DNA from: the human T2T-CHM13v2.0 reference genome, Homo sapiens | Length of the DNA: 64,000 nt | Direction: 5' to 3' (one strand) | Assembly (NCBI RefSeq): GCF_009914755.1 | Contig: NC_060933.1 | Shown here: in pieces, positions 28,561 through 41,476 of the stretch | Numbering within the stretch: position 1 is the first letter of the stretch | How the letters are laid out: every line of letters starts with the position of its first letter | Made by a program: the position numbers and the translations under genes | The notes under the pieces: generated by a model | Told to the model about the DNA's origin: nothing | What the model saw: the letters and a program-made list of their open reading frames with translations, nothing else | Databases searched by the model: none

Positions 28561-29757
28561 CAGGGCCCACATGGGTGAAGGGTCCCCCTGCACCAGGGGC
28601 AAAAATTGCGGGAGTTCATGGTCTGTGTGCATTTTGCTCTCTTAAAAGTTGGGCTTCCTCTGAGCTCCCCAGAGCAGAGCTGGCTGTGGCAGCACAGAGA
28701 GAAGAGAAACTTGTCTTGGGACCCCAGGCCCTGCTCCCATCTGATCTCTCACAGCCCCAGCCGCAACCCACCTCAGGACCCCACACTCCAAGAGCCAATT
28801 TCTGGGTACCAGAACTTTCCATGCTTGGCCTAAGCAGCCAGCTTTGGAGGGTGGTCCCTCCTGCTTCACTACAAGTCTGAGAAAAACCCTTTAGATCTCA
28901 GAGTGCATCTTGACTGCAGGATTTTGGGTACAGAGTAAGCACTGAGGGGTAAACGAGGTGAAGGGAGCCTTCAAATCCTGTAATGGAAGTGGCCCTGGCC
29001 AGGCCGCCCCAGAGGCCAGTGGTGGGCGGCCACAGTCCTGGCAGGATGTGGCAGTGTAGAGAGGGGGCATCTCAGGTCCACTGGAGGTTCCGGGAGTCCT
29101 GGGAGCTCCAGGTGGAATCTAATCTGCAGATATTTCTGGGGAAATGGGCAGCCTTCACAGCTCCAGTATGGGAAAGCAATTGCCCCCACATACAACCTTT
29201 GACCCCTGCTTGACACTTTCCTGCCTGAAGGACCCCACCTCCTCCCAGATCCAAGCACCTCCTGTGTAGGCAGAACTGCTGAGCTCTGCATCTCACACCC
29301 CTGCATGCTTCTTGCTTCTTCTGAGCAGCCTGGACAGGGCCCTCAGTCACCTGGCCAAGTCAGTCCCTGTTGAGCCAAATTCAGGTGACTTTTCATAGTC
29401 ACTGTTACATTCAATATCCTATACCCTGGCACGTTCCAAAATTCATGTATATTTATTCAGGACACAAAATCTTTTCACCCACCTTCTCTCAATTAATCCT
29501 CTATGGGACTTTGTGAGTTTGGGAATCACAAACCTAATGTGGGCAGTTTGTCCCCGGCTCCTTCCTTGTCAGGAGTAAATTCTGCAAGTGAAGGTGGAGT
29601 GTCTGTATTAAGGATATGTGAGCCTACAACCGTGTCATTATTATTATGGATGTGGTGTTCACACTTCTGCGTAATATGACCTGATGGATCTTTGTTTTTT
29701 CCCCAGGTGGTTCTCTCTTTTTTTTAATACACCAATATTTGAGGGGGAGTAATACAA

Positions 29758-30025
29758 AATATATATGTATACAGACACACACACACACACATTTCCATGT
29801 AAGCACCCAGGCATGCACATATATGTGTACATGCATGTTGTGTGTGTGTAGCACTCCAGGGTATTAGAAGTAGTCATGATATAGATACATATATACACAC
29901 ACATAATAATGAAGGTACTTAGGGAAAGAGTTAAGCAGGTGCAGACATAAGTAGAAAAACAGACATGGATATACATGCTGTAGATATGTACGCGTGACAC
30001 AAGTCGATCTGCACGTCAGTAGATG
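29758..30025. repeat. Degenerate (TA/CA/TG)n low-complexity tract
   Basis: Alternating purine-pyrimidine runs. Confidence 0.75.
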
Positions 30026-30027
30026 TG

Positions 30028-30480
30028 TGTCTTCGTTCATTTTGTGTTGCTATAACAGAATACTTGAGACAGGGTAATTGATAAGAAAAGCGGTTCATTT
30101 AGCTCATGGCTCTGCAGACTGGGAAGTTCAAGGGGCGTGGCACCAGCATCTGCTTTGATTCTGGTGAGAGCTTTTGAGCTGGGTCTAAATGTGACAGAAG
30201 GTCAAAGGGTAAGTGGACACACGGGAAGGGACAAAAACCTGCTTTACATCAATCCACATTCTCAGGACCTAATCCATTCCCATGAGAACTAATCCACTCT
30301 CACAAGAGCAAGAACACACTCACTCACTCACTCACTCCCTCCCACCAGCACCAAGCCATTTGGGAGGGATTTGCACTTAGGACCCAAACACCTCCCACCA
30401 GGCCTCACCTCCCACATCACCTCACTGAGTGATTTCAATATGAGTTTTAGTGGGGAACAAACCATACCCAAGTCATAACA
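30028..30480 (-). mobile_element. MaLR solo LTR (MST/MLT1A-like)
   Basis: tgtcttcgttcattttgtgttgctataacagaatacttgagac...aaacacctcccaccaggcc...ccaagtcataaca, TG...CA termini. Confidence 0.8.
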
Positions 30481-30614
30481 AGATGTATACACATACAGAA
30501 GAATGCCATAAGTATCACTATGCCTACTTCGAATCCGTGGAACGCTAAGAGAATTTATGATTGAAATTTGGTTAGTGGTGTTTCACGATTGTTATCATTT
30601 TTCTTTTTCTGTAG

Positions 30615-30812
30615 GAGTTGGCGATTTCAGCGTGTGGGAGTTCTCTGGAAATCCTGTGTATTTCTGCTGTTATGACTATTTTGCTGCAAATGATCCCACG
30701 TCAATCCATGTTGTTGTCTTTAGTCTAGAAGAGCCCTATGAGATCCAGCTGAACCAAGTGATTTTCTGGCTCAGTTTCCTGAAGTCCCTTGTCCCAGTTG
30801 AAGAACCCATAG
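30615..30812 (+). CDS. DAPK1: DAPK1 exon 22 (198 nt), ROC domain
   Basis: ttctgtag|GA GTT GGC...ATA G|gtgagc; GVGDFSVWEFSGNPVYFCCYDYF...VPVEEPI in ORF 30557..30964; phase 1/1. Confidence 0.97.
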
Positions 30813-31278
30813 GTGAGCTAAGTCCCTGCAGGCCAGTGATGTCCTACCTGTGGTTGGCCAGGAATCGCCTCCTCCTTCCAGGCTTCTGCCCTGCTCCTGC
30901 CACTGCTGCTGCTGGCCTTGCACCAGGCCATGAGCAGATCCCACCGTTTGTGGCTAACAGCTGAGCCAACTTCCTTTCTCCTTCCTGCTGGGAGACTTCC
31001 ACTCTGAGAAGCTTCATGAGGCTCAAGTGTTCGTGGTATTCTGCAGGCTGTTTTTGTTTCATGATTGCATATTCCTGCCTCAAAGGCCCACTTTGAACAA
31101 TCCTTTGAGAGGCATTTCTCACTTTTTTTCTACACTTGAGAGCCATGGTCATTGTATGTTGGGTGCAAAATGGAATCCCTGCTTGGATAGCTACTGCACC
31201 TTTACCTAAAGGGTACAGAATTAGTCAGCAGAATGAGCAGTTCTTCATCCTGTAATTCCACTAAGAAACGAAGAAAGA

Positions 31279-31614
<336 letters not shown>

Positions 31615-32263
31615 TTAACTTTATTCCTAGAGGAGAGGATAACATGAAATAAACTTCCTTTGGTCTTTGCCCACAACAAGAGAAGCAGCCTTCCCTGGTG
31701 AAATGCAATACTCAGCAGTCAATTTTTTTTCTTTCCGGAAAAGCATATAATACAAGGAGTTGGGCTTAATGCCCCTCTGGGTACTGCCAGTTTTGCCTCT
31801 TTCTTTGTCCTTTTTTTCCTTTGTTTTAAACACTCCCCGAAGTGGGAGGCTCTTTGTGTGACTTGCAGGTCATTTACCTCTGACCCATCTCTGTGGTGTT
31901 GCTGCACTCAGGCGTCTCTCTTTGGTCTTGTAAGCGGCATCCCTTTTGTCACAGGTTAAATTTTCCCTCTCCTTGTAAGTAGGGGCTATTTGGAGACTTG
32001 AGAAACTGCCTTTAGTCATTCTGGTCCACTTTGAGCAATTTTCCTTGTGGCCTAGGAGATAGGCTTATCCTGTCGTTGGCCATGCTGGGGCCTTCTAGGG
32101 TCACAGTGCACAGCAGGCGTGGGGCCTTCATCTCTGTGGCATGTTGCACTTGTACCTGGAGAGTCGGCCTGGGCATGAGGCCAACACACCGCCCTCACCT
32201 GGGCAGGAGAGGCAGCCAGGTAGGAGGACCCACCCCCTGAAGCAGTTCCCTCTCTGCCCCCAG

Positions 32264-32402
32264 CCTTCGGTGGCAAGCTGAAGAACCCACTCCAAGTTGT
32301 CCTGGTGGCCACCCACGCTGACATCATGAATGTTCCTCGACCGGCTGGAGGCGAGTTTGGATATGACAAAGACACATCGTTGCTGAAAGAGATTAGGAAC
32401 AG
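32264..32402 (+). CDS. DAPK1: DAPK1 exon 23 (139 nt), ROC domain
   Basis: gcccccag|CC TTC GGT...AAC AG|gtgagg; AFGGKLKNPLQVVLVATHADIMNVPRPAGGEFGYDKDTSLLKEIRNR; phase 1/2. Confidence 0.96.
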
Positions 32403-32547
32403 GTGAGGGTCAGCCACTTAGTCTCCAGCTCACGGGTAGCCTCCTCTCCCTGAGAACTGAAGCAGAGGTGTGAAAAGTACAAAGGAAGTCTCATGAACCA
32501 GAGAAAGGTTTTAAAGGTCTTTCTTTCTTGGTCAACTCTTTTCTTGT

Positions 32548-32778
32548 ACAGGTCTTGTATCCCTTATTGGAAATGATCGGCTTTAGAAGTGTTTCTGATT
32601 TCTTATTTGTTTGGATTTTAATATATGTACATATACATAGCAGTTGAACATCCTAGTTCAAAAATTCTAAATCTGAAATGCTCTAATAACCATTTCCTTT
32701 GCATGTCTTGTCTTTGCCCAAAAGGTTTTTGGATTTTGGAACATTTCAGATTTCTGGATTAGGGATGCACAACCTTTA
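32548..32778. mobile_element. Tigger4/MER46-like DNA element
   Basis: tacaggt...tatcccttattggaaatg...agaagtgtttctgatttc...ggattagggatgcacaacct with TIR-like ends. Confidence 0.65.
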
Positions 32779-33029
32779 TTTTTCATTTTTATTAAAACAA
32801 TGAATCCACATAGTAAATCAAATACAAATGAAGAGCACGTGATGAAAGCAACCCCCTTCTTTCTACCTCCCAGCAACACTGCCCGGAGGTGACTTCTTTT
32901 AGCTGTTTAGATTTCAGTACTCAGTATTCAGTGTTCAGAAACACTAATCAGTATGTCTTACAATATAAGTTGCAACCTACTAGTGAGTCTTAAAATTCAT
33001 TTAGGAAGTCGTGGCCAATTCTTTTTAAA

Positions 33030-33089
33030 ATGGGATGGAATGGAATGGGATAGGATAGGACAGGAAAGGACAGGACAGGATAGGATAGA
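33030..33089. repeat. Degenerate pentamer repeat (GGAAT/GGATA/GGACA)n
   Basis: Seen directly. Confidence 0.8.
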
Positions 33090-33724
33090 TCAGATGTCAA
33101 GTATTATTTTGTAAAACGTTTGTTTCACTGATGAGTATGGGTATGTACAGGATTATGATGTAAAATATATGTTTTTACTCAGAGTCTATCAAAACAGTTT
33201 GAACCTGCAGCTTTCTATAATATGCTAGTATCTCTGATCTTGCATTATCAACTTGAGACATTTATCTATTGTCTTGAGACACTATATCTGTTGTCAGATA
33301 TAAAAATGGGGCTTCTATTAATATTTTTAGGTCAGTGATGTAGCTTTTGCATTCACACCTCTATTCTTAGTCCCTCCACTTTCCACAGTATCTCTTGTCC
33401 TCACTTGTAAGGTGCGAGCATTAGGCCTCACCTTTCCTGCCTCGGGAGAAGCTGACATCTTTCCATGCTGTGCTCCTGCTGCTTCATGCAAACCTGAAGG
33501 TCCCGCTCCTATGACTCAGACTATATGCCAGTTTCCCCAAGTCTCTGCACCCACTGTGATGAGGCAGAGCCCACCAACAGCAGGGATGGGGAGGGGCCTT
33601 TGCAAGGACACCAGAACTTTCCTTCCCTCCTACCAGCCTCTTGAGCCAGTAGGAGCCTGGCCCCTCCATTAAAAGGCCTGGGGACATTGACTCACTGCTG
33701 AGGAGGCTGCTGCTCTTCCCTTAG

Positions 33725-33845
33725 GTTTGGAAATGATCTTCACATTTCAAATAAGCTGTTTGTTCTGGATGCTGGGGCTTCTGGGTCAAAGGACATGAAG
33801 GTACTTCGAAATCATCTGCAAGAAATACGAAGCCAGATTGTTTCG
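33725..33845 (+). CDS. DAPK1: DAPK1 exon 24 (121 nt), end of ROC domain
   Basis: cccttag|G TTT GGA...TCG|gtaagt; FGNDLHISNKLFVLDAGASGSKDMKVLRNHLQEIRSQIVS; phase 2/0. Confidence 0.96.
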
Positions 33846-34097
33846 GTAAGTACACCATGGAAAGAGCCTGGACCCCTTTGTACTTCCTTCCTGGTTTGCC
33901 TCTGGTTTCAGGGAACTGCTTCATAGTAGGACCCAGTAAGAGGTGTCTGCCTGGACATGTCTTTATCCTAGTGCCCTGGGAAAAGAAAGGAAGAATAGAG
34001 AAACAAGGAGATGATGGGAGCTGAAGGGTTATTATGGGCAAGGTGGACCACTTCAATTTTATGAAATTCTTACCGATTTATTGGTTTCTTTAACAAT

Positions 34098-34439
<342 letters not shown>

Positions 34440-36361
34440 TGACTTATTGTGGAATATTTAGAAAATTCAGAAAAGTAGAAAAACAGTCACAAACTTTTTT
34501 GAAAGACAGAAAAGAATAAATGAACAAAGGGAATGAGACTGTATTCTTGGGTTGCAAGATATGACTATTTTATTTTTCCCTAGTTATATAAATGTAATAC
34601 AATTTCAGTTAGCATCTGAATGGGTTGAGGGGATTGGGATTTTTATCTTAAAATTTCCATGGAAAAATTAATTAAACCTATTATAAAGCCCCTGATAATC
34701 AATACAGTTAAATAGGAGGAAAAGCTTAGAGGGTATAGAAGTAAATCATAATATCTTTAGAAATATAATGGAAAATAAATATGTCATTTGAATTTAATGG
34801 GGTAAAGATTATTTAATAAATGAACCTGGCACAACTGGCTATTTGTCTGGAAGGAAATAAAGTTGGATTCCTACACCCTACAAAGTCCAAAAATAAATGG
34901 ATTAAAGCTTTTAAGTAAAAACATGAAACAATAAATACCTTGAATAGAAATTGTGGAGAGTGTATTTTCAAAATAACTAGGGACTGAGGGAACCTGTTAA
35001 ACCAAGATCTAAAACCCTAGAAATTTTAAAAGAAAATATACCTGTTTGAAAATGTAAAAATTTTTAAAATTTTTTTCTAGCAAACAAATTAAGTAAACAA
35101 AGTTGAAAGGTGAAATAGGCTGGGAAAAAGCATTCTCAATGCTTTGGACAGATAAATGGTCACACCGTAATGTTCAAAAAGCTCTCCGGAATTGGTAAGA
35201 AAAGGGCGAGCGTCCCAGTGGAGAAGTGGTGGCATTCACTCTGGAGTCTTCCTGCTGCCGAGGCCTGAGGACAAATGCGGGCAGATGCCTGTCTCCCTCT
35301 CTTACCTTTGAAGCTGCCTCTGGGTGTATTTTTTTTTTTTTTTTAACTGCTTTGCTAATAAGAAAATGCTGTGCTTCCCGCACCAGATTCTGGTTCTAGA
35401 CGTGCTTCCAGAATTCTCGGGAAACCCTTTCCTGTCTCCAGAAAACCCTGCCCTTCACACCAGATATCCTCGTTGGGGTCCCACTGTGGCATCATCAGAA
35501 GATAGGGGGTAGTCCGGTGAGGCCTGGGAGGAATCTGTCACAGAAACCAGGGGCGGTGATCTGGGAACTAACAGTGGTCTCTGAGGGCCCCTGTGCTTCC
35601 CCACCAGGTCTGGATTGAGGCTGCATTCCTGAGGCAGGAGGGAGTGTCCCTGGAGATTTTTGAGCTGGGCTCTGGCATGATCTGCTGCTTCTCAGACACC
35701 CCCCGCCCAACCCCTAAACTCCTGAGCTCAGGCAGGTGGAGCCCACCACATCAACTGCACTCACCCCTGAGAATTTTGTTTTTGAATGCAGAGTGGAATT
35801 TAGCTGACACAAAAGAATTTGAGAGGGGAGTGCGGAATTAATGGCACGGTGTAGCCTGTGGCTTATGTGGTTTCTAATTCAGAGGTATGTGGATTACGTG
35901 AGTCTGTAACATATGCTGATCTAATTAACCAAGTTAAAAGGTTAAAAATCCACTTCAGCCTACATACCAAGAATGGGTCTAATTGGAAACAATATTTCAA
36001 CAACAGTCCCCACGAATGCCTAATTTACTGGTAAACACTCACTCTAATATTGATGATGATACTCATTCTCTTTTCCTCTGTTCATAAAGTGATCATTGCC
36101 TGAGTGAAACAGTCACGAGAGAGAGAGCGAGGGAAGAAAGGAGGGAGGGAGGAAAAAGTGAGGGAGTGAAACATTAGGAGTTGGTGAACATTAGTTGATT
36201 GAGTGACTGAGTCCACAATTCCAAAAACATTCCTAGAAGACTCAAAATCTATTTAACATGAACTAAAGAGCCTTTATAAAACTTTATATTTGAGCAATAG
36301 ATGAGGCTTAAAAGCAAGTCTAAAAGACAACTGCCCCAGTACTCAACCCAAAAAACACAAA

Positions 36362-36493
36362 CTAGCCAGACACAGTGGTGTGTACTTGTAGTCGGAGCTA
36401 CTCAGGAGACTGAGACAAGAGGATTACTTGAGCCCAAGGGTTTGAGACCAGCCTGGGCAATAGCGAGACCCAGTCTAAAAAAAGAAAAAAAAA
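36362..36493 (+). mobile_element. Alu monomer (FLAM-like)
   Basis: ~130-nt single arm with A tail. Confidence 0.7.
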
Positions 36494-36634
36494 CGTCAAC
36501 AACAACAAAAAAACCCACTCGTTCATCAAATCACCTGCAAGGCGCCTGAATGAAAGGTGTCCTTTCCACTGTGGCTCTGCTCAGGGCACCCACAGCTGCA
36601 GGTGAGTTAACCTGTCTGGCCCTGCCCCCTCTAG

Positions 36635-36823
36635 GTCTGTCCTCCCATGACTCACCTGTGTGAGAAAATCATCTCCACGCTGCCTTCCTGGAGGAAGCTC
36701 AATGGACCCAACCAGCTGATGTCGCTGCAGCAGTTTGTGTACGACGTGCAGGACCAGCTGAACCCCCTGGCCAGCGAGGAGGACCTCAGGCGCATTGCTC
36801 AGCAGCTCCACAGCACAGGCGAG
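36635..36823 (+). CDS. DAPK1: DAPK1 exon 25 (189 nt), COR domain
   Basis: cctctag|GTC TGT CCT...GAG|gtgagc; VCPPMTHLCEKIISTLPSWRKLNGPNQL...LHSTGE; phase 0/0. Confidence 0.97.
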
Positions 36824-38845
36824 GTGAGCCCCTGGGAGCCCAGGCAGGGGGCCGTGAGAGGTGCCAGGGACTCAGCCTGTCCCAAATTCCAGCTCTTGGA
36901 AGTGGTGTGAGCCTGGGGAAGCAGTGTGGAAATGGTCCAGCTAACCTACAACATTTCCACACGTGTGACAAACACAGCCTCAAGTGACGCTCTGAACTGC
37001 AGTTCTCGGCTCACCTTAGGAGCTGTCATTTTGTCTTGTCGTGTTTTGCTTTTATTTCCAGAGTCTGTTAGTTTGGGAGTGCAGTGCCCACTGCCCTGGG
37101 TGACTGGGTCTCTCTTCACTCCCCCTGGGCACCAGGAACTTAATCTGCTACTCCTGGCAGCCTTCAGGATGGCTTCTTTGTATCAGCGTGGAGTCATCAG
37201 CTCCACACAGATCTCCTGGGTGGGAAAACAGTTGAGAAAAGGCAGTGAGGTGTCCTTGTGGAGGCAATGTCTGGAGATACAAAGACAGAGAACTCTGGTG
37301 CACAGATACACAGAGTAATCATAATTAAAGATGCACATTAAAAAACTCTAGCAAGCAATGCCCAGCAGAAATGATTGAGAATGGGAGGCTTTGCTCTGGT
37401 TCTGTGACATTGAGCACCGGGGCGCGGTTTGGAAACCCTGTTCTAATGGCATCATATGCCTGTCCCAGGAACGGGGGCAGTGCCTTCGTGTTTCTCCACC
37501 ATGTGAAATTGGGAGCCTACATGAACTAGTGTGGGCCAAGAAGAGCGGTTCTGAATATTGCAACTAAAAGCAGCTCTGAGATTATTAAAAGCCAGATGCT
37601 TACCTCCCCAATCTCAGGTGCCAGGTCTGGCCCTATAGCCAGTTTGTATGAGTCATACAAATTTCTTGAAACTAAACCTGAATCCACAAGCCAGTGACCT
37701 TGAAAACTGGAGTCGCCGGGCAGTAATTTCATCAGCCTTTAAACTCCCAGTTAAATGGCCAGAGAATCTGCCAACTCATCCAGGAATACTTTAAAGTGAT
37801 TGAATCCAAGGAAGAACACAGGTGAAGGACCACATCTTAGATGACAAGATACTGCTGGATGTAAAAAATGTGTCAATTCTAATTCTAAACTCCTTTGGCA
37901 CAGGAGTCCCTTGCTTTCTAGTAGTAGACCAGCAACTTTCTAGATCATATCATATAGTCTCCTTTATTTGTCATTACATCCCTGCTTGCCCTTGAGAGTT
38001 TAGTAAGTAAATGAAGATGTAAAGAAGGAGGGTAATTAGGCAGCAGGAACTACATTGTGTGGCCCGACTTTGATTGGCCCCGGGCCTCCTCCAGACCTGC
38101 CTTCTGTATCTAATTTGCAGATCTTCAGAACTCCCCAGTGGCCCTTCTGACTCTGTTTTCTGGCCCAGGGTCCCACACTACGTTTAGCTGACTGTCTTAG
38201 CTCCCTGTTCTCCTCCACTATGGGACAGTTTCGTCTTTCCTGAGCCTGAGGCGATGAGCAGTGTTTAGGACCAAACTGCAAATGGTATTCCAGCAAATGC
38301 TGTATCAGGAACTAGATCAATATTGGCTCTGCCCTCCAGGAATTTTCAACCTAGGTTCAATTCTGAATAGACTCTTAGACAGGGGGCATCTTTCAGGTTT
38401 AAGCCAGACTGTGGGCAGGAAATTACTGTGTGGTCACCGGTGGGGTCAGAGCCTCCAAGTGAGGGAGTCCAGGGCGATGGCCACTCTCCAAGAAAGGAAG
38501 CAGAACTCTTCCATTAAGGGAAAGTTCCTTCTGTTTTTTGTCACTTTTTTTTCCTTTCTTTTTATTTTTTTAAGAAATAAACACAACCAAAAAGCTGAAG
38601 TCCCCTTGGGCCATCATCTCTGGTCTCACTCCTCTCTCCCCTTCTCGGAGGCCAACTATTATCATGGCAGCATATCCTTTCAGGCCTTTTCTATGTGTGT
38701 GTGTTAAACATTCACATAATGGTATAATAATAGAATGTTCTGACTCTTTTTTGAAAATGTTCTCAAGCCTTTAGAGAAGTTGCAAGGATAGTACCATGAA
38801 CTCTCATATAGGCTACATTTATTTATTTTTTTAATTAATTAATTA

Positions 38846-39152
<307 letters not shown>

Positions 39153-39737
39153 TGACATTTTGCTACATTTGCTCGATTCCTTTCCTTTCTATTTATTTAC
39201 TTATTTATTTTGCAGACATGATGACATTTCTTCCCTAAATAATTTAGCCTATATCTCCTAAGGAGAAGGATATTTTCCCACATAACCCAATATAATTGAT
39301 GATTCCAGAAACATAACATTAATATAGTACTATGATTGAATATATCATCCTCATACAAGGGTTTGCCACTGGTCCCAATAATTTCTTTTAAAGCTATTTT
39401 TATTTATGTACTTATTTTGGGATTCAGAATCCAGTCTAAAATCACTCATTGCATTTGGTTGCCATCTCCCATTTTTTTTTCTTCTTTCATTTCGCTGGCC
39501 TTTTTGAAGACTTCAGGGGAGTTGTTTTTCAGAATCTCTATTCTGACATTTTCAAGCTGCTTTTCTCCACTCGGTGTTTGGTTTTTGAGACGCATCCACG
39601 TGGAATGGCCTTGGGTCACTCCTTAGAGCATCTGCTCAGCCTCTATTGCCGGCATCAGGCCCTTTAGTGCTCTAAGTGGCTGGTGCACCTGGCCAGGGCT
39701 CTGTCCCTAAGCGTGACTTTCTGTTGTCCCCCCGCAG

Positions 39738-40970
39738 ATCAACATCATGCAAAGTGAAACAGTTCAGGACGTGCTGCTCCTGGACCCCCGCTGGCTCTGC
39801 ACAAACGTCCTGGGGAAGTTGCTGTCCGTGGAGACCCCACGGGCGCTGCACCACTACCGGGGCCGCTACACCGTGGAGGACATCCAGCGCCTGGTGCCCG
39901 ACAGCGACGTGGAGGAGCTGCTGCAGATCCTCGATGCCATGGACATCTGCGCCCGGGACCTGAGCAGCGGGACCATGGTGGACGTCCCAGCCCTGATCAA
40001 GACAGACAACCTGCACCGCTCCTGGGCTGATGAGGAGGACGAGGTGATGGTGTATGGTGGCGTGCGCATCGTGCCCGTGGAACACCTCACCCCCTTCCCA
40101 TGTGGCATCTTTCACAAGGTCCAGGTGAACCTGTGCCGGTGGATCCACCAGCAAAGCACAGAGGGCGACGCGGACATCCGCCTGTGGGTGAATGGCTGCA
40201 AGCTGGCCAACCGTGGGGCCGAGCTGCTGGTGCTGCTGGTCAACCACGGCCAGGGCATTGAGGTCCAGGTCCGTGGCCTGGAGACGGAGAAGATCAAGTG
40301 CTGCCTGCTGCTGGACTCGGTGTGCAGCACCATTGAGAACGTCATGGCCACCACGCTGCCAGGGCTCCTGACCGTGAAGCATTACCTGAGCCCCCAGCAG
40401 CTGCGGGAGCACCATGAGCCCGTCATGATCTACCAGCCACGGGACTTCTTCCGGGCACAGACTCTGAAGGAAACCTCACTGACCAACACCATGGGGGGGT
40501 ACAAGGAAAGCTTCAGCAGCATCATGTGCTTCGGGTGTCACGACGTCTACTCACAGGCCAGCCTCGGCATGGACATCCATGCATCAGACCTGAACCTCCT
40601 CACTCGGAGGAAACTGAGTCGCCTGCTGGACCCGCCCGACCCCCTGGGGAAGGACTGGTGCCTTCTCGCCATGAACTTAGGCCTCCCTGACCTCGTGGCA
40701 AAGTACAACACCAATAACGGGGCTCCCAAGGATTTCCTCCCCAGCCCCCTCCACGCCCTGCTGCGGGAATGGACCACCTACCCTGAGAGCACAGTGGGCA
40801 CCCTCATGTCCAAACTGAGGGAGCTGGGTCGCCGGGATGCCGCAGACTTTTTGCTGAAGGCATCCTCTGTGTTCAAAATCAACCTGGATGGCAATGGCCA
40901 GGAGGCCTATGCCTCGAGCTGCAACAGCGGCACCTCTTACAATTCCATTAGCTCTGTTGTATCCCGGTGA
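39738..40970 (+). CDS. DAPK1: DAPK1 terminal exon 26 coding part: COR domain, death domain, Ser-rich tail, stop TGA 40968-40970
   Basis: ccccgcag|ATC AAC ATC ATG; 407-aa ORF 39747..40970 ending SGTSYNSISSVVSR*; death-domain segment RRKLSRLLDPPDPLGKDWCLLAMNLGL...LRELGRRDAADFL. Confidence 0.99.
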   Translation: MNIMQSETVQDVLLLDPRWLCTNVLGKLLSVETPRALHHYRGRYTVEDIQRLVPDSDVEELLQILDAMDICARDLSSGTMVDVPALIKTDNLHRSWADEEDEVMVYGGVRIVPVEHLTPFPCGIFHKVQVNLCRWIHQQSTEGDADIRLWVNGCKLANRGAELLVLLVNHGQGIEVQVRGLETEKIKCCLLLDSVCSTIENVMATTLPGLLTVKHYLSPQQLREHHEPVMIYQPRDFFRAQTLKETSLTNTMGGYKESFSSIMCFGCHDVYSQASLGMDIHASDLNLLTRRKLSRLLDPPDPLGKDWCLLAMNLGLPDLVAKYNTNNGAPKDFLPSPLHALLREWTTYPESTVGTLMSKLRELGRRDAADFLLKASSVFKINLDGNGQEAYASSCNSGTSYNSISSVVSR

Positions 40971-41442
40971 GGGCAGCCTCTGGCTTGGGCAGGGTCTGTT
41001 TGGACTGCAGAAGCAAGGGGGTGATGTAGCCCATCCTTCCCTTTGGAGATGCTGAGGGTGTTTCTTCCTGCACCCACAGCCAGGGGGATGCCACTCCTCC
41101 CTCCGGCTTGACCTGTTTCTCTGCCGCTACCTCCCTCCCCGTCTCATTCCGTTGTCTGTGGATGGTCATTGCAGTTTAAGAGCAGAACAGATCTTTTACT
41201 TTGGCCGCTTGAAAAGCTAGTGTACCTCCTCTCAGTGTTTTGGACTCCATCTCTCATCCTCCAGTACCTTGCTTCTTACTGATAATTTTGCTGGAATTCC
41301 TAACTTTTCAATGACATTTTTTTTAACTACTATATTGATTGTCCTTTAAAAAAGAAAAGTGCATATTTATCCAAAATGTGTATTTCTTATACGCTTTTCT
41401 TTGTTATACCATTTCCTCAGCTTATCTCTTTTATATTTGTAG

Positions 41443-41476
41443 GAGAAACTCCCATGTATGGAATCCCACTGTATGA
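41443..41476 (+). CDS. DAPK1: Alternative C-terminal coding segment (DAPK1-beta tail RNSHVWNPTV*)
   Basis: Donor CG|GTGAGG at 40966/40967; acceptor ctcttttatatttgtag|G at 41442/41443; in-frame join adds 10 aa, matching the recalled 1440-aa beta isoform. Confidence 0.8.

Noticed and set aside
39672-40415. 247-aa minus-strand ORF opposite DAPK1 exon 26
   Set aside because: Antisense shadow of a GC3-rich coding exon; no recognisable domain or independent gene signals
40968-41024. Stop-codon read-through extension of DAPK1 (17 codons to next TGA)
   Set aside because: TGA-GGG lacks the TGA-CTAG read-through context; the splice-donor explanation fits better
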